Under the pieces are notes generated by a model. The model was given only the letters and a program-made list of their open reading frames with translations, was not told the DNA's origin and did no database searches. Below, one piece after another: positions 40,714 to 53,442 of a stretch of 64,000 nucleotides of DNA. A program made the position numbers and the translations under genes. Numbering within the stretch: position 1 is the first letter of the stretch; every line of letters begins with the position of its first letter. This DNA is from Eledone cirrhosa (Eukaryota): contig OZ024741.1 in assembly GCA_964016885.1 (NCBI GenBank), forward strand, positions 139,810,001-139,874,000, read 5' to 3'.

Positions 40714-40717
<4 letters not shown>
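40285..40717. repeat. Near-perfect ~395-bp palindrome plus ~38-bp unpaired tail, in (TA)n
   Basis: 40285-40479 mirrors 40486-40679 around a 6-nt loop; a decayed HHR-like motif ttt-ttgaaaa-gcatt..aatgc-gcaa-ccgg-ta-aaa lies at ~40519-40557. Confidence 0.9.
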
Positions 40718-40750
<33 letters not shown>

Positions 40751-40752
<2 letters not shown>

Positions 40753-41360
40753 TGGCTGCCAACTCGTTTTCGAGTACGGCCACTACTTTATATCCATGTA
40801 GGAGAACCCCTACCGAAGCGTTGAACGAGTGTGACTTTTTAGTCCAGCCAGCGACTTGAAAGCTCTGGTACAAACACTACACTTGTGACAATTATTGACA
40901 CATAGTGCTGGACCCATGGTACCATGTGAGGACAAGTGCAGAGAGATCTCCAGATATAAAGCAATGCCTGTGCCGTGAAGCTTTTATAGTGAGCAAAGGC
41001 ACTGCACAAAGCCAGTCCCACTCTCTTAACCAAGATGATATTTACCAAAAAGATGAACAAGTCAACATCATTGGATACCATCAGGGTTGCAGGTGTTATA
41101 TCAGAGTTTTCCTTCTGCTAGAATTCTGCCTTGACAAAGGCTAAGGGGTCATCTCTCCCGGTGATTTTGGATGGCCATTGACTCTTAAGAGCTCCTTTGC
41201 CCTTTGACAGGTTTTGTTTTTAGTCCTGCAGGATGTCCAAAGTCACCCTCCTCACCAAGAAACCTTGGTGGGGTTTCCAGTTTAGTCGCCAACGACCCGA
41301 CCATGAGACAGGTTGTACTGGGATACATGTTACCAGTAGCACCAACTGGTGACCTGACAA
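40751..41360 (-). mobile_element. Probable 5' fragment of an RTE-like LINE (5' UTR, C2H2-like finger, trace of APE)
   Basis: Minus strand encodes KCSVCTRAFKSLAGLKSHTR (~40884-40825), then a VVAVLE..LA remnant. The block at 41101-41165 (agagttttccttct..ctaga..aaggcta) resembles RTE 5' UTR / cephalopod SINE body sequence. Confidence 0.5.
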
Positions 41361-41370
41361 ATTAGTTTCG

Positions 41371-41408
<38 letters not shown>

Positions 41409-41480
41409 CGAAACTAATTTAAAATATATATATTTACTTACACTCACACACATACACACATACACAGATACATACATACA

Positions 41481-41603
<123 letters not shown>

Positions 41604-41987
41604 GAAAGGTATAGAAAACATTGTAGTAAAAAGCCAACAGTATTCCATAATATATATATATATATATAAGTATGGTAGGGCGACATATCAACTTCTGATT
41701 TTAATGTTATATATATTTGTATGATTGTGTGTGAGTGTGCGTGTATGTGTGTGGGTGTGCATATATAACTAGTCTTTACATATATATATATATATATATG
41801 TAGATAAATCTACCAAGAGTTTACGGTAGTGTCCAATCCGTATGAAGAACTCAATGTATTCCGGATATCATGGAAAGAAGAGATGTAATGTAAATCCACT
41901 TTCGGTGAAAGATAAACGGTATACAGAGTCAAGATAAAATATTAAACAAATAATGAACAAACAATTCCTTATATTAAACAAAAAAAG

Positions 41988-42142
41988 TTCACTATTTAAC
42001 GATCGTTTCTAGGGCATATATGTGTTATAATTGGTATGCATATTCAACAGATCTATGTACAAAATTATACAAAATTATACAAATTATCAAGATTAAATAT
42101 ACATACCTAACACATATATACGCCGTCTTCAGAAATAATGAA
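41988..42142 (-). ncRNA. Long-stem-II HHR (inverted pLTR copy)
   Basis: Reverse complement of 45895-46049. Confidence 0.72.
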
Positions 42143-42964
42143 GTATATTTATTGATAATAACAACAATTCAAAATATCAGTTCAAAATTGACCAATGAAA
42201 ACACAAAGGGTTAAAAGCAGTTTGGTGTGTGTATATACATGTAAAATCCTTACACATATTTTACAATAATGTGTGTATAATTTGTATGTGCATACTAAAA
42301 AGATGGATGCAAACACAAAATTTCAAGGTTAATATCTCTGTAAGCTTAATGCGCTGATAAGATGCGCAATGATACTTATGGAGTCAAGCATATAAATATA
42401 TTTTTTTCATACTCACACATATCAGTATAATCACACATACATGCGCGTATATGCATAAATATACACATAACCACGAACATACAAACACACACACTCCCCC
42501 ACTCACATTTATATATGTGGATATAAAATCATAAGCAAATAGAAATTAAGTCACTCACATAAAACACTGGCACACACATTTCAAGATCAAGATACAGAAA
42601 TTAGGTGGGAGGGGGGGGAGGGGTCAGTATTAGATTGTCAGAGCAGACTGCCTAATATAAATGTATCTATAAATTAAGAAAAATAAAAAAATAAAAACAA
42701 TAAAATATAATAAATATAATATAATGTACATACACATACAGATATACATACACATACATACATGTACGCGCACATAGAGATATTTACGCATACACACATA
42801 CACACATACGTATACAGTCATACACACACATACACTTACACGAACATACACATACACATATAAAAAGATATATATACACACACACACACACGCGCAACAC
42901 ATACACACATACACATATATATAAAAAATAGATAATAAAGATATATATCCATATATATATATAT

Positions 42965-43021
<57 letters not shown>

Positions 43022-43119
43022 TATACACATATATACCCATACATCTAAATATACATACACATACATACACACATACATGTATATACATGTACATACATAT
43101 ACGCACATCGATATACATA

Positions 43120-43161
<42 letters not shown>

Positions 43162-43504
43162 CACTCACATAGACATAAAGATACATACACACACAACTTA
43201 CATACACACGCATATATATATATATATATATATATAGATGTACCTTCATACATAGAATTAGATATATAATCATACATACATATGCACCTACTTATACTCA
43301 TATAAATAAATACATACGCTTCCATATATGTGTATACACATAAAAAACAATACCACCTCACCAAACTCAGACATACAAATGAAAATAATAATAAAAAAAC
43401 GCATATGTATATACATACACACACGCATTAATAGAGATATATATATATACACACATACATACACACACATATATATACATACACACACATATACATACAC
43501 ATAC

Positions 43505-43557
<53 letters not shown>

Positions 43558-43879
43558 TAGACTCATATATATATATATATACACATATATATATATAAAA
43601 ACATATATATCCACACACTCATACCACCATAAATACACATACAAACACCCACATGTATATATATATATATATATCCACATACACACACGTATACATATAT
43701 ACATATACACATATACACATACATATATATATATACACACACATAAAAAACAGACATGCACATATATATATATATATATATATTTCATTACTCTTATATA
43801 TACACATAGTATATATACATACACAACCTCACTTATACACATATACACATAAGTTATATTACAATAATAATAAAGAATA

Positions 43880-43940
<61 letters not shown>

Positions 43941-44060
43941 TACACACATACACATACATACATACACATAAATATATACATACATAAATACACACATACG
44001 AATAAAGACATATATTCACACATAGACACCTATATACATATATATATATATATATATATC

Positions 44061-44112
<52 letters not shown>

Positions 44113-45894
44113 CACACACACACACACACACAGACACACATACACACTCACATATATATATATATATATGTGTATGTGAGTGTGCGCACATACACATATA
44201 TACACACACACATACAAACACACACAAACACATACATATGCATACGTGCACACACACACACATATATCACATGGATACGAAGATAAACATATAAATAGAG
44301 AGACATACAAATATATACACAACACATATACACATACATACATACACGCTTATACATATACATACATATATACACATAAATATATTCCTATATACAAGCA
44401 TACACATACATACACACACATACACATACATACACATATACATACCACACATTCACATACACATACATATATAATACATATATATACATATATATACATA
44501 CATATGTATGTACAATCATATATACACACTCAATCTTACATTCATATTTACATGCTCATATATGTATTTTTATATTTAGAAATAAATACCAAAACCTATA
44601 TAGACACCTACCTACATATATATCCATACATATACGCTTACAAATACAGATGATAATAGTATGGGGGAAAGGGGGGGTTTGGAGAAGGGGATCAAAGTAA
44701 ATATATGTTTCAAGAAACATATAATATTTTCCGTATCTTAATTCAATGTATGTTCTTACATATTTTCAGTGCTAGGAAATACGAAATCTATGCATCTCAA
44801 AATAAATAAGTATACCATTAATCATATGTTAACTAAACCAAAGATAGTCAACATATTGATTTCTAAGGTGTAAATTAGTTAGGTTTATAATATTTGAAGC
44901 AGAATTATGAAGTCAAACAGTAGTAGATTATTAATTACATTATAACTAAATTAAAGTTAATAACGTTATGGTATCAATATTAGGAGATGAATTTAGTAAT
45001 AGGGAAAAGAAACCCAAATAAAAATAAAATAAAGTATTACATCGGTAGTAGCATATAAATTATATGTTAACTAAATTAAAAATTATATATTTATTTCAAT
45101 AGTATACGTTAATTAGTATATGTTAATTAGGTATACAATACATAAAGCAGATATTGTATTTCATCAATAGCATAATATAATTATATGCAAATAAAAATCA
45201 AAATTAATACGCATACATATACATATACATACACATACACATATACATACATATACACACATATATATATATATATACATATATATACACATATATACAT
45301 ATATACACACATAAACATACATACAGATACACATACACAACACACACATATACATATACATATACATATACATATCTTTTTCAAAAAATTGCACAGAATA
45401 TATTAACTAGGTATATATCCAAAACACATCCCATTCTATGATTACATGACATTCTGCAATTCGTCTGTACAAGGATACTAATTTTAAGCAAATTAAAATT
45501 AAAGTTTTAGGTTGATTAAAACAAAAACCAAATAATAAAAATATTTGTGTGTTTGTATGTTCGTGGTTATGTGTATATTTATGCATATACGCGCATGTAT
45601 GTGTGATTATACTGATATGTGTGAGTATGAAAAAAATATATTTATATGCTTGACTCCATAAGTATCATTGCGCATCTTATCAGCGCATTAAGCTTACAGA
45701 GATATTAACCTTGAAATTTTGTGTTTGCATCCATCTTTTTAGTATGCACATACAAATTATACACACATTATTGTAAAATATGTGTAAGGATTTTACATGT
45801 ATATACACACACCAAACTGCTTTTAACCCTTTGTGTTTTCATTGGTCAATTTTGAACTGATATTTTGAATTGTTGTTATTATCAATAAATATAC

Positions 45895-46049
45895 TTCATT
45901 ATTTCTGAAGACGGCGTATATATGTGTTAGGTATGTATATTTAATCTTGATAATTTGTATAATTTTGTATAATTTTGTACATAGATCTGTTGAATATGCA
46001 TACCAATTATAACACATATATGCCCTAGAAACGATCGTTAAATAGTGAA
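45895..46049 (+). ncRNA. Type I HHR with 116-nt stem II domain in 5' pLTR
   Basis: ttcattattt-CTGAAGA-[116 nt, largely paired]-GAAA-cgatcg-TT-aaatagtgaa: 10-bp stem I, palindromic stem III, GUU site. Confidence 0.75.
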
Positions 46050-46392
46050 CTTTTTTTGTTTAATATAAGGAATTGTTTGTTCATTATTTGTTTAATATTT
46101 TATCTTGACTCTGTATACCGTTTATCTTTCACCGAAAGTGGATTTACATTACATCTCTTCTTTCCATGATATCCGGAATACATTGAGTTCTTCATACGGA
46201 TTGGACACTACCGTAAACTCTTGGTAGATTTATCTACATAATTTTGCTCCTATTTTCACGGAAATATTCGTATTTTTGTACTGTATGTGTGTATTAATTT
46301 TATATTTATGTATAAACATATATATATGTATGATTTTGTAAACCCATATACATTTAGTTGAGCTCTTTCAATTGTCCATCATCCATATCACA

Positions 46393-48834
46393 ATGGAAAA
46401 ACAATATTTAGGAACCTCCTTAAAAAACATACCAATACCTTCTAAGGACGACTTCTTACTCCTTATGATTCAGAAAACTAATAATTTTATCAGAAGGGTT
46501 AGATGGAGAGCCTACCACTTCGATAGAAAATCTAAACAAGCAGATCGGAAATATATGTATGATTTCAATACTTACAAGAATCCACCACACAACTTTTTAC
46601 TTGAAGACTTCGAGAAAGACCTTTTTAATTTAATTAAACACCTCAAATTTAAAAAGTATAAATCCGTCTTTCAAAAGGACCTTGATTCTACCCTATTGGA
46701 CCTAAAAAAGTCTAAAAAAATCCATGTCCACTCGGACAAAACTGGTAACTTGTATCATATGGATATTGAACATTATAATGAGTTCATATATAAAGAACTC
46801 AGAAAAAATTATAAAAAATCTAATAATGTGTCACTCACCAACATCAACAACAAAACACACAACATAGTAAAAAAACTAAATATTGAAGATAGTACTGAAC
46901 CTTTGGCATTGAAAAGACCACACTTCAACCTGAAAGATCACAAATCTAACTTTAACTCTAATCCTTCTATTAGACTTATATGTCCCTCCAAATCAGATAT
47001 TGGAATAATTAGCAAAAAAATTTTAGATAGAGTCATCCCACAAATAAGAAAATACGTTATTTTACCACTCTGGGAAAACACCTCCCAGGTAATTAATTGG
47101 TTTAAAAATATTAGGTGTAAATCTTCTGCTTCTTTCCTACAATTTGATATAGATAATTACTATTCTTCTATATCACCCATACTCCTGAACAAAGCATTAA
47201 TATTTGCTAAAAATAGATCTAATTTAACTTCGGATGACATTAACATTATTACACATGCTAGACAAACACTTATTGAATTTCAGAATGAATACTGGACCAG
47301 AAACACATACAGTAATCTTTTTGATATTACTATGGGTTCAAGCGATTCCGCCCAAATTACTGATCTTGTGTGCCTCTTTCTCCTTTTCAACATAAATGCC
47401 TCTTTTCCCCACCTCAAAGGTGGTTTATATCGTGATGACTGTCTTCTTCTTTCTAACAACCTTAGCCTTTCAGAAATCGAAAAAAACAAAAAGCATATTA
47501 GAACTTTCCTTAAAGACTATTATAATCTTAATATTACTTTTGAAAAAACAAGTAAAGTAGTAAATTTCCTAGATATAACTTTAGATTTAGCTACGGGTAT
47601 ATACCAACCTTACCATAAACCTAACCAAAACTTACATTACATACACTCACAATCTAATCACCCTAAATCTATCCTTAAAAACCTTGCATATAATATATCA
47701 CTTAGAATTTCTAACCTTTCTTCTAACCAAGATGTATTTGATAAAAATGCGACCTTTTATAATGAAGCTCTAGATAGAAGTGGCCACAAAAATAGATTAG
47801 AGTATATACCTTCTACTAAAAATACTGAAAGCATACAGCATAATATTACCAACAAACACCAAATGAAAAGTACACACCTAAATGCCACCCACAATATACC
47901 CCAAAATACTAAATCTTCTAATATAAAGTATAGTAACCCTCAAAAAACTACTCATCATACAACTATAATAAATATTAATAATAAAACTCCTAATAAAAAA
48001 GATATAACACCTAAATCTACAAATATAACTAAAAATAGTTGTGGTGAGATCATTAACATTAATCCTCCTAGTAAAAATCATGATACAACATATAAAAATA
48101 ATAAAAATAATAAACAACATAGAAACCGTAATAGACGAGTTACTTGGTATAATGCTCCTTTTAATTTACAAGTTAAGGATAATATTGCTAAAAAATTTTT
48201 TTATATCCTTGAGAAAAACTTCCCGCCAAACCACAAATACCATCAAATCTTAAATAGGTCTACAGTTAAATTCTCATACTCTACAACAAATAACATAAAA
48301 CAAAATATAAGTGCATATAATGCATATAAATGTAAGAAAACCATAAGTATACCACCAGTACATCAAATTAACAATAATATCTCCTCAAATACAGAATTAA
48401 CGAAAGGATGTAACTGTAGAAACAAAACAAACTGCCCATTAAAAGGGAATTGTCTTGTTAACAACATAGTCTATAAATGTAATGTTAAAACTAAAGATTC
48501 TATTTGCTCATATATAGGAGCTACCTCTAACAATTTTAAGACAAGGTATAATACCCACAAACATAGCTTTAAAAATGCCGCACTGGCTAATACAACATCT
48601 CTAGCAGAAAAAATCAATAGTTATAAAAATAAAAATATAAAATATGATTTGACCTGGAGTGTGCTCAAAAGAGCCACCCCTTATCAAAATAATAGAAAGG
48701 AATGTAGATTATGTTCCCAAGAACTATTTGAAATAATGAAGTCTAAGGATATCTTATTAAATAAACGACAGGAATTAATTATATCGTGTAATCATAAACT
48801 AAAAAAAACATTCAAATATTATAAACCTAATTAA
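46393..48834 (+). CDS. Intact PLE polyprotein, RT + C-terminal GIY-YIG endonuclease (813 aa from first ATG)
   Basis: SLKNIP, RVRWRA, SDKTGNLY, LKDHK..RLICP, QFDIDNYYSSI (motif A), FDITMGS (B), GLYRDD (C), NFLDITLDL, SNHP, CNC..CPL..C, IVYKC..YIGAT..FKTRYNTH, CRLC..E, LLNKRQE..CNH. Confidence 0.96.
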   Translation: MEKQYLGTSLKNIPIPSKDDFLLLMIQKTNNFIRRVRWRAYHFDRKSKQADRKYMYDFNTYKNPPHNFLLEDFEKDLFNLIKHLKFKKYKSVFQKDLDSTLLDLKKSKKIHVHSDKTGNLYHMDIEHYNEFIYKELRKNYKKSNNVSLTNINNKTHNIVKKLNIEDSTEPLALKRPHFNLKDHKSNFNSNPSIRLICPSKSDIGIISKKILDRVIPQIRKYVILPLWENTSQVINWFKNIRCKSSASFLQFDIDNYYSSISPILLNKALIFAKNRSNLTSDDINIITHARQTLIEFQNEYWTRNTYSNLFDITMGSSDSAQITDLVCLFLLFNINASFPHLKGGLYRDDCLLLSNNLSLSEIEKNKKHIRTFLKDYYNLNITFEKTSKVVNFLDITLDLATGIYQPYHKPNQNLHYIHSQSNHPKSILKNLAYNISLRISNLSSNQDVFDKNATFYNEALDRSGHKNRLEYIPSTKNTESIQHNITNKHQMKSTHLNATHNIPQNTKSSNIKYSNPQKTTHHTTIININNKTPNKKDITPKSTNITKNSCGEIININPPSKNHDTTYKNNKNNKQHRNRNRRVTWYNAPFNLQVKDNIAKKFFYILEKNFPPNHKYHQILNRSTVKFSYSTTNNIKQNISAYNAYKCKKTISIPPVHQINNNISSNTELTKGCNCRNKTNCPLKGNCLVNNIVYKCNVKTKDSICSYIGATSNNFKTRYNTHKHSFKNAALANTTSLAEKINSYKNKNIKYDLTWSVLKRATPYQNNRKECRLCSQELFEIMKSKDILLNKRQELIISCNHKLKKTFKYYKPN

Positions 48835-50565
48835 TAACATTATTCTAGAAATTAATTTAATTTAAATGTTAGTTAACCTATAAATTTAATTTAATTAATA
48901 TTTTATTACAGATGTGAAAATATTATGTAATCATAAATTTTGAAAAACCTTTAAATATTACTAATATATACTCAGTAATTTAATTTATAGATTAATTTTA
49001 ATTTATTTAAACCTTTTTATTATATTTTTTTTATTATATTTCTTTACAGATAAAATATAACAAAATAATATCATGTATCCAATGACGGAGAAAGAATTTT
49101 TAGTATTATAGACCTAATTAATATACATTTTGGAAATATATTTATTATTTGGTTTTTGTTTTAATCAACCTAAAACTTTAATTTTAATTTGCTTAAAATT
49201 AGTATCCTTGTACAGACGAATTGCAGAATGTCATGTAATCATAGAATGGGATGTGTTTTGGATATATACCTAGTTAATATATTCTGTGCAATTTTTTGAA
49301 AAAGATATGTATATGTATATGTATATGTATATGTGTGTGTTGTGTATGTGTATCTGTATGTATGTTTATGTGTGTATATATGTATATATGTGTATATATA
49401 TGTATATATATATATATATGTGTGTATATGTATGTATATGTGTATGTGTATGTATATGTATATGTATGCGTATTAATTTTGATTTTTATTTGCATATAAT
49501 TATATTATGCTATTGATGAAATACAATATCTGCTTTATGTATTGTATACCTAATTAACATATACTAATTAACGTATACTATTGAAATAAATATATAATTT
49601 TTAATTTAGTTAACATATAATTTATATGCTACTACCGATGTAATACTTTATTTTATTTTTATTTGGGTTTCTTTTCCCTATTACTAAATTCATCTCCTAA
49701 TATTGATACCATAACGTTATTAACTTTAATTTAGTTATAATGTAATTAATAATCTACTACTGTTTGACTTCATAATTCTGCTTCAAATATTATAAACCTA
49801 ACTAATTTACACCTTAGAAATCAATATGTTGACTATCTTTGGTTTAGTTAACATATGATTAATGGTATACTTATTTATTTTGAGATGCATAGATTTCGTA
49901 TTTCCTAGCACTGAAAATATGTAAGAACATACATTGAATTAAGATACGGAAAATATTATATGTTTCTTGAAACATATATTTACTTTGATCCCCTTCTCCA
50001 AACCCCCCCTTTCCCCCATACTATTATCATCTGTATTTGTAAGCGTATATGTATGGATATATATGTAGGTAGGTGTCTATATAGGTTTTGGTATTTATTT
50101 CTAAATATAAAAATACATATATGAGCATGTAAATATGAATGTAAGATTGAGTGTGTATATATGATTGTACATACATATGTATGTATATATATGTATATAT
50201 ATGTATTATATATGTATGTGTATGTGAATGTGTGGTATGTATATGTGTATGTATGTGTATGTGTGTGTATGTATGTGTATGCTTGTATATAGGAATATAT
50301 TTATGTGTATATATGTATGTATATGTATAAGCGTGTATGTATGTATGTGTATATGTGTTGTGTATATATTTGTATGTCTCTCTATTTATATGTTTATCTT
50401 CGTATCCATGTGATATATGTGTGTGTGTGTGCACGTATGCATATGTATGTGTTTGTGTGTGTTTGTATGTGTGTGTGTATATATGTGTATGTGCGCACAC
50501 TCACATACACATATATATATATATATATGTGAGTGTGTATGTGTGTCTGTGTGTGTGTGTGTGTG

Positions 50566-50615
<50 letters not shown>

Positions 50616-50755
50616 GATATATATATATATATATATATGTATATAGGTGTCTATGTGTGAATATATGTCTTTATTCGTATGTGTGTATTTATGTATGTAT
50701 ATATTTATGTGTATGTATGTATGTGTATGTGTGTATGTATATATATATATATATG

Positions 50756-50794
<39 letters not shown>

Positions 50795-51116
50795 TATTCT
50801 TTATTATTATTGTAATATAACTTATGTGTATATGTGTATAAGTGAGGTTGTGTATGTATATATACTATGTGTATATATAAGAGTAATGAAATATATATAT
50901 ATATATATATATGTGCATGTCTGTTTTTTATGTGTGTATATATATATATATGTATGTGTATATGTGTATATGTATATATGTATACGTGTGTGTATGTGGA
51001 TATATATATATATATATACATGTGGGTGTTTGTATGTGTATTTATGGTGGTATGAGTGTGTGGATATATATGTTTTTATATATATATATGTGTATATATA
51101 TATATATATGAGTCTA

Positions 51117-51169
<53 letters not shown>

Positions 51170-51512
51170 GTATGTGTATGTATATGTGTGTGTATGTATA
51201 TATATGTGTGTGTATGTATGTGTGTATATATATATATCTCTATTAATGCGTGTGTGTATGTATATACATATGCGTTTTTTTATTATTATTTTCATTTGTA
51301 TGTCTGAGTTTGGTGAGGTGGTATTGTTTTTTATGTGTATACACATATATGGAAGCGTATGTATTTATTTATATGAGTATAAGTAGGTGCATATGTATGT
51401 ATGATTATATATCTAATTCTATGTATGAAGGTACATCTATATATATATATATATATATATATGCGTGTGTATGTAAGTTGTGTGTGTATGTATCTTTATG
51501 TCTATGTGAGTG

Positions 51513-51554
<42 letters not shown>

Positions 51555-51652
51555 TATGTATATCGATGTGCGTATATGTATGTACATGTATATACATGTA
51601 TGTGTGTATGTATGTGTATGTATATTTAGATGTATGGGTATATATGTGTATA

Positions 51653-51711
<59 letters not shown>

Positions 51712-52533
51712 ATATATATATATATGGATATATATCTTTATTATCTATTTTTTATATATATGTGTATGTGTGTATGTGTTGCGCGTGTGTGTGTGTGTGT
51801 ATATATATCTTTTTATATGTGTATGTGTATGTTCGTGTAAGTGTATGTGTGTGTATGACTGTATACGTATGTGTGTATGTGTGTATGCGTAAATATCTCT
51901 ATGTGCGCGTACATGTATGTATGTGTATGTATATCTGTATGTGTATGTACATTATATTATATTTATTATATTTTATTGTTTTTATTTTTTTATTTTTCTT
52001 AATTTATAGATACATTTATATTAGGCAGTCTGCTCTGACAATCTAATACTGACCCCTCCCCCCCCTCCCACCTAATTTCTGTATCTTGATCTTGAAATGT
52101 GTGTGCCAGTGTTTTATGTGAGTGACTTAATTTCTATTTGCTTATGATTTTATATCCACATATATAAATGTGAGTGGGGGAGTGTGTGTGTTTGTATGTT
52201 CGTGGTTATGTGTATATTTATGCATATACGCGCATGTATGTGTGATTATACTGATATGTGTGAGTATGAAAAAAATATATTTATATGCTTGACTCCATAA
52301 GTATCATTGCGCATCTTATCAGCGCATTAAGCTTACAGAGATATTAACCTTGAAATTTTGTGTTTGCATCCATCTTTTTAGTATGCACATACAAATTATA
52401 CACACATTATTGTAAAATATGTGTAAGGATTTTACATGTATATACACACACCAAACTGCTTTTAACCCTTTGTGTTTTCATTGGTCAATTTTGAACTGAT
52501 ATTTTGAATTGTTGTTATTATCAATAAATATAC

Positions 52534-52688
52534 TTCATTATTTCTGAAGACGGCGTATATATGTGTTAGGTATGTATATTTAATCTTGATAATTTGTATA
52601 ATTTTGTATAATTTTGTACATAGATCTGTTGAATATGCATACCAATTATAACACATATATGCCCTAGAAACGATCGTTAAATAGTGAA
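52534..52688 (+). ncRNA. Long-stem-II HHR (3' pLTR copy)
   Basis: Same sequence as 45895-46049 (offset 6639). Confidence 0.72.
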
Positions 52689-52733
52689 CTTTTTTTGTTT
52701 AATATAAGGAATTGTTTGTTCATTATTTGTTTA

Positions 52734-52774
<41 letters not shown>

Positions 52775-52812
52775 GGAGGGGGTGTATGTTTATGTGTATA
52801 TGTTTATAATCT

Positions 52813-53411
52813 TTATTCTTTTTTTCTTTTTTCTATTCCATTTCAAGTATCAAGTAGCCTTCTAAAGTACCATGTAGTTATTGCAGCTAAATCTCCATCA
52901 CATCCCTTCCTCTTTTCTCCACAAATAGCAATACACTTCAGATAACCAGTCTTTAGATATAGGACATTATTGGGATGGTCGTAGATTATATCATTTGGTC
53001 ATATCTCTCTTTGTTCCGGAAGGATAGATTGTAAATAAGATAATAAACTTACACTGAACACACAAATACGTGGAATTCACAATTGATATAAAACGTTGGA
53101 AATCAACGATAAAACAAGCCAACAGTTAAAATAACTACTAGAACAATTTGCAATAGTAACAAGAACACCATGGCCACAACATCGACATCAACAAAAATGG
53201 TAACTAGAAGAATAGCAATATCATATAATATCAACAACACCAACTCCATTATCACCGAGAAATAACAACAGCACACTAACAATAACGGCCTCAAAACCAG
53301 CAATGTCAGCAATAATCACATGAAATTTCGTTGACTTTGCATAAAATTCTGTTACTTCGTTAAATTTCGACTTTTACTCCTAGCAATTCACTTAGGGAAT
53401 ATATATATGTA

Positions 53412-53442
<31 letters not shown>

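Larger units (their letters stand above)
41797..52742 (+). mobile_element. Full-length YRDD-type (Hydra-clade-like) PLE: inverted 3'UTR+pLTR (41797-45545), pLTR (45546-46240), ORF, 3.3-kb 3' UTR, pLTR (52185-52742)
   Basis: Direct repeat offset 6639 bp; inverted arm mirrors 49134-52742 plus 46102-46240; (TA)n at both ends; intact ORF. Confidence 0.95.
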
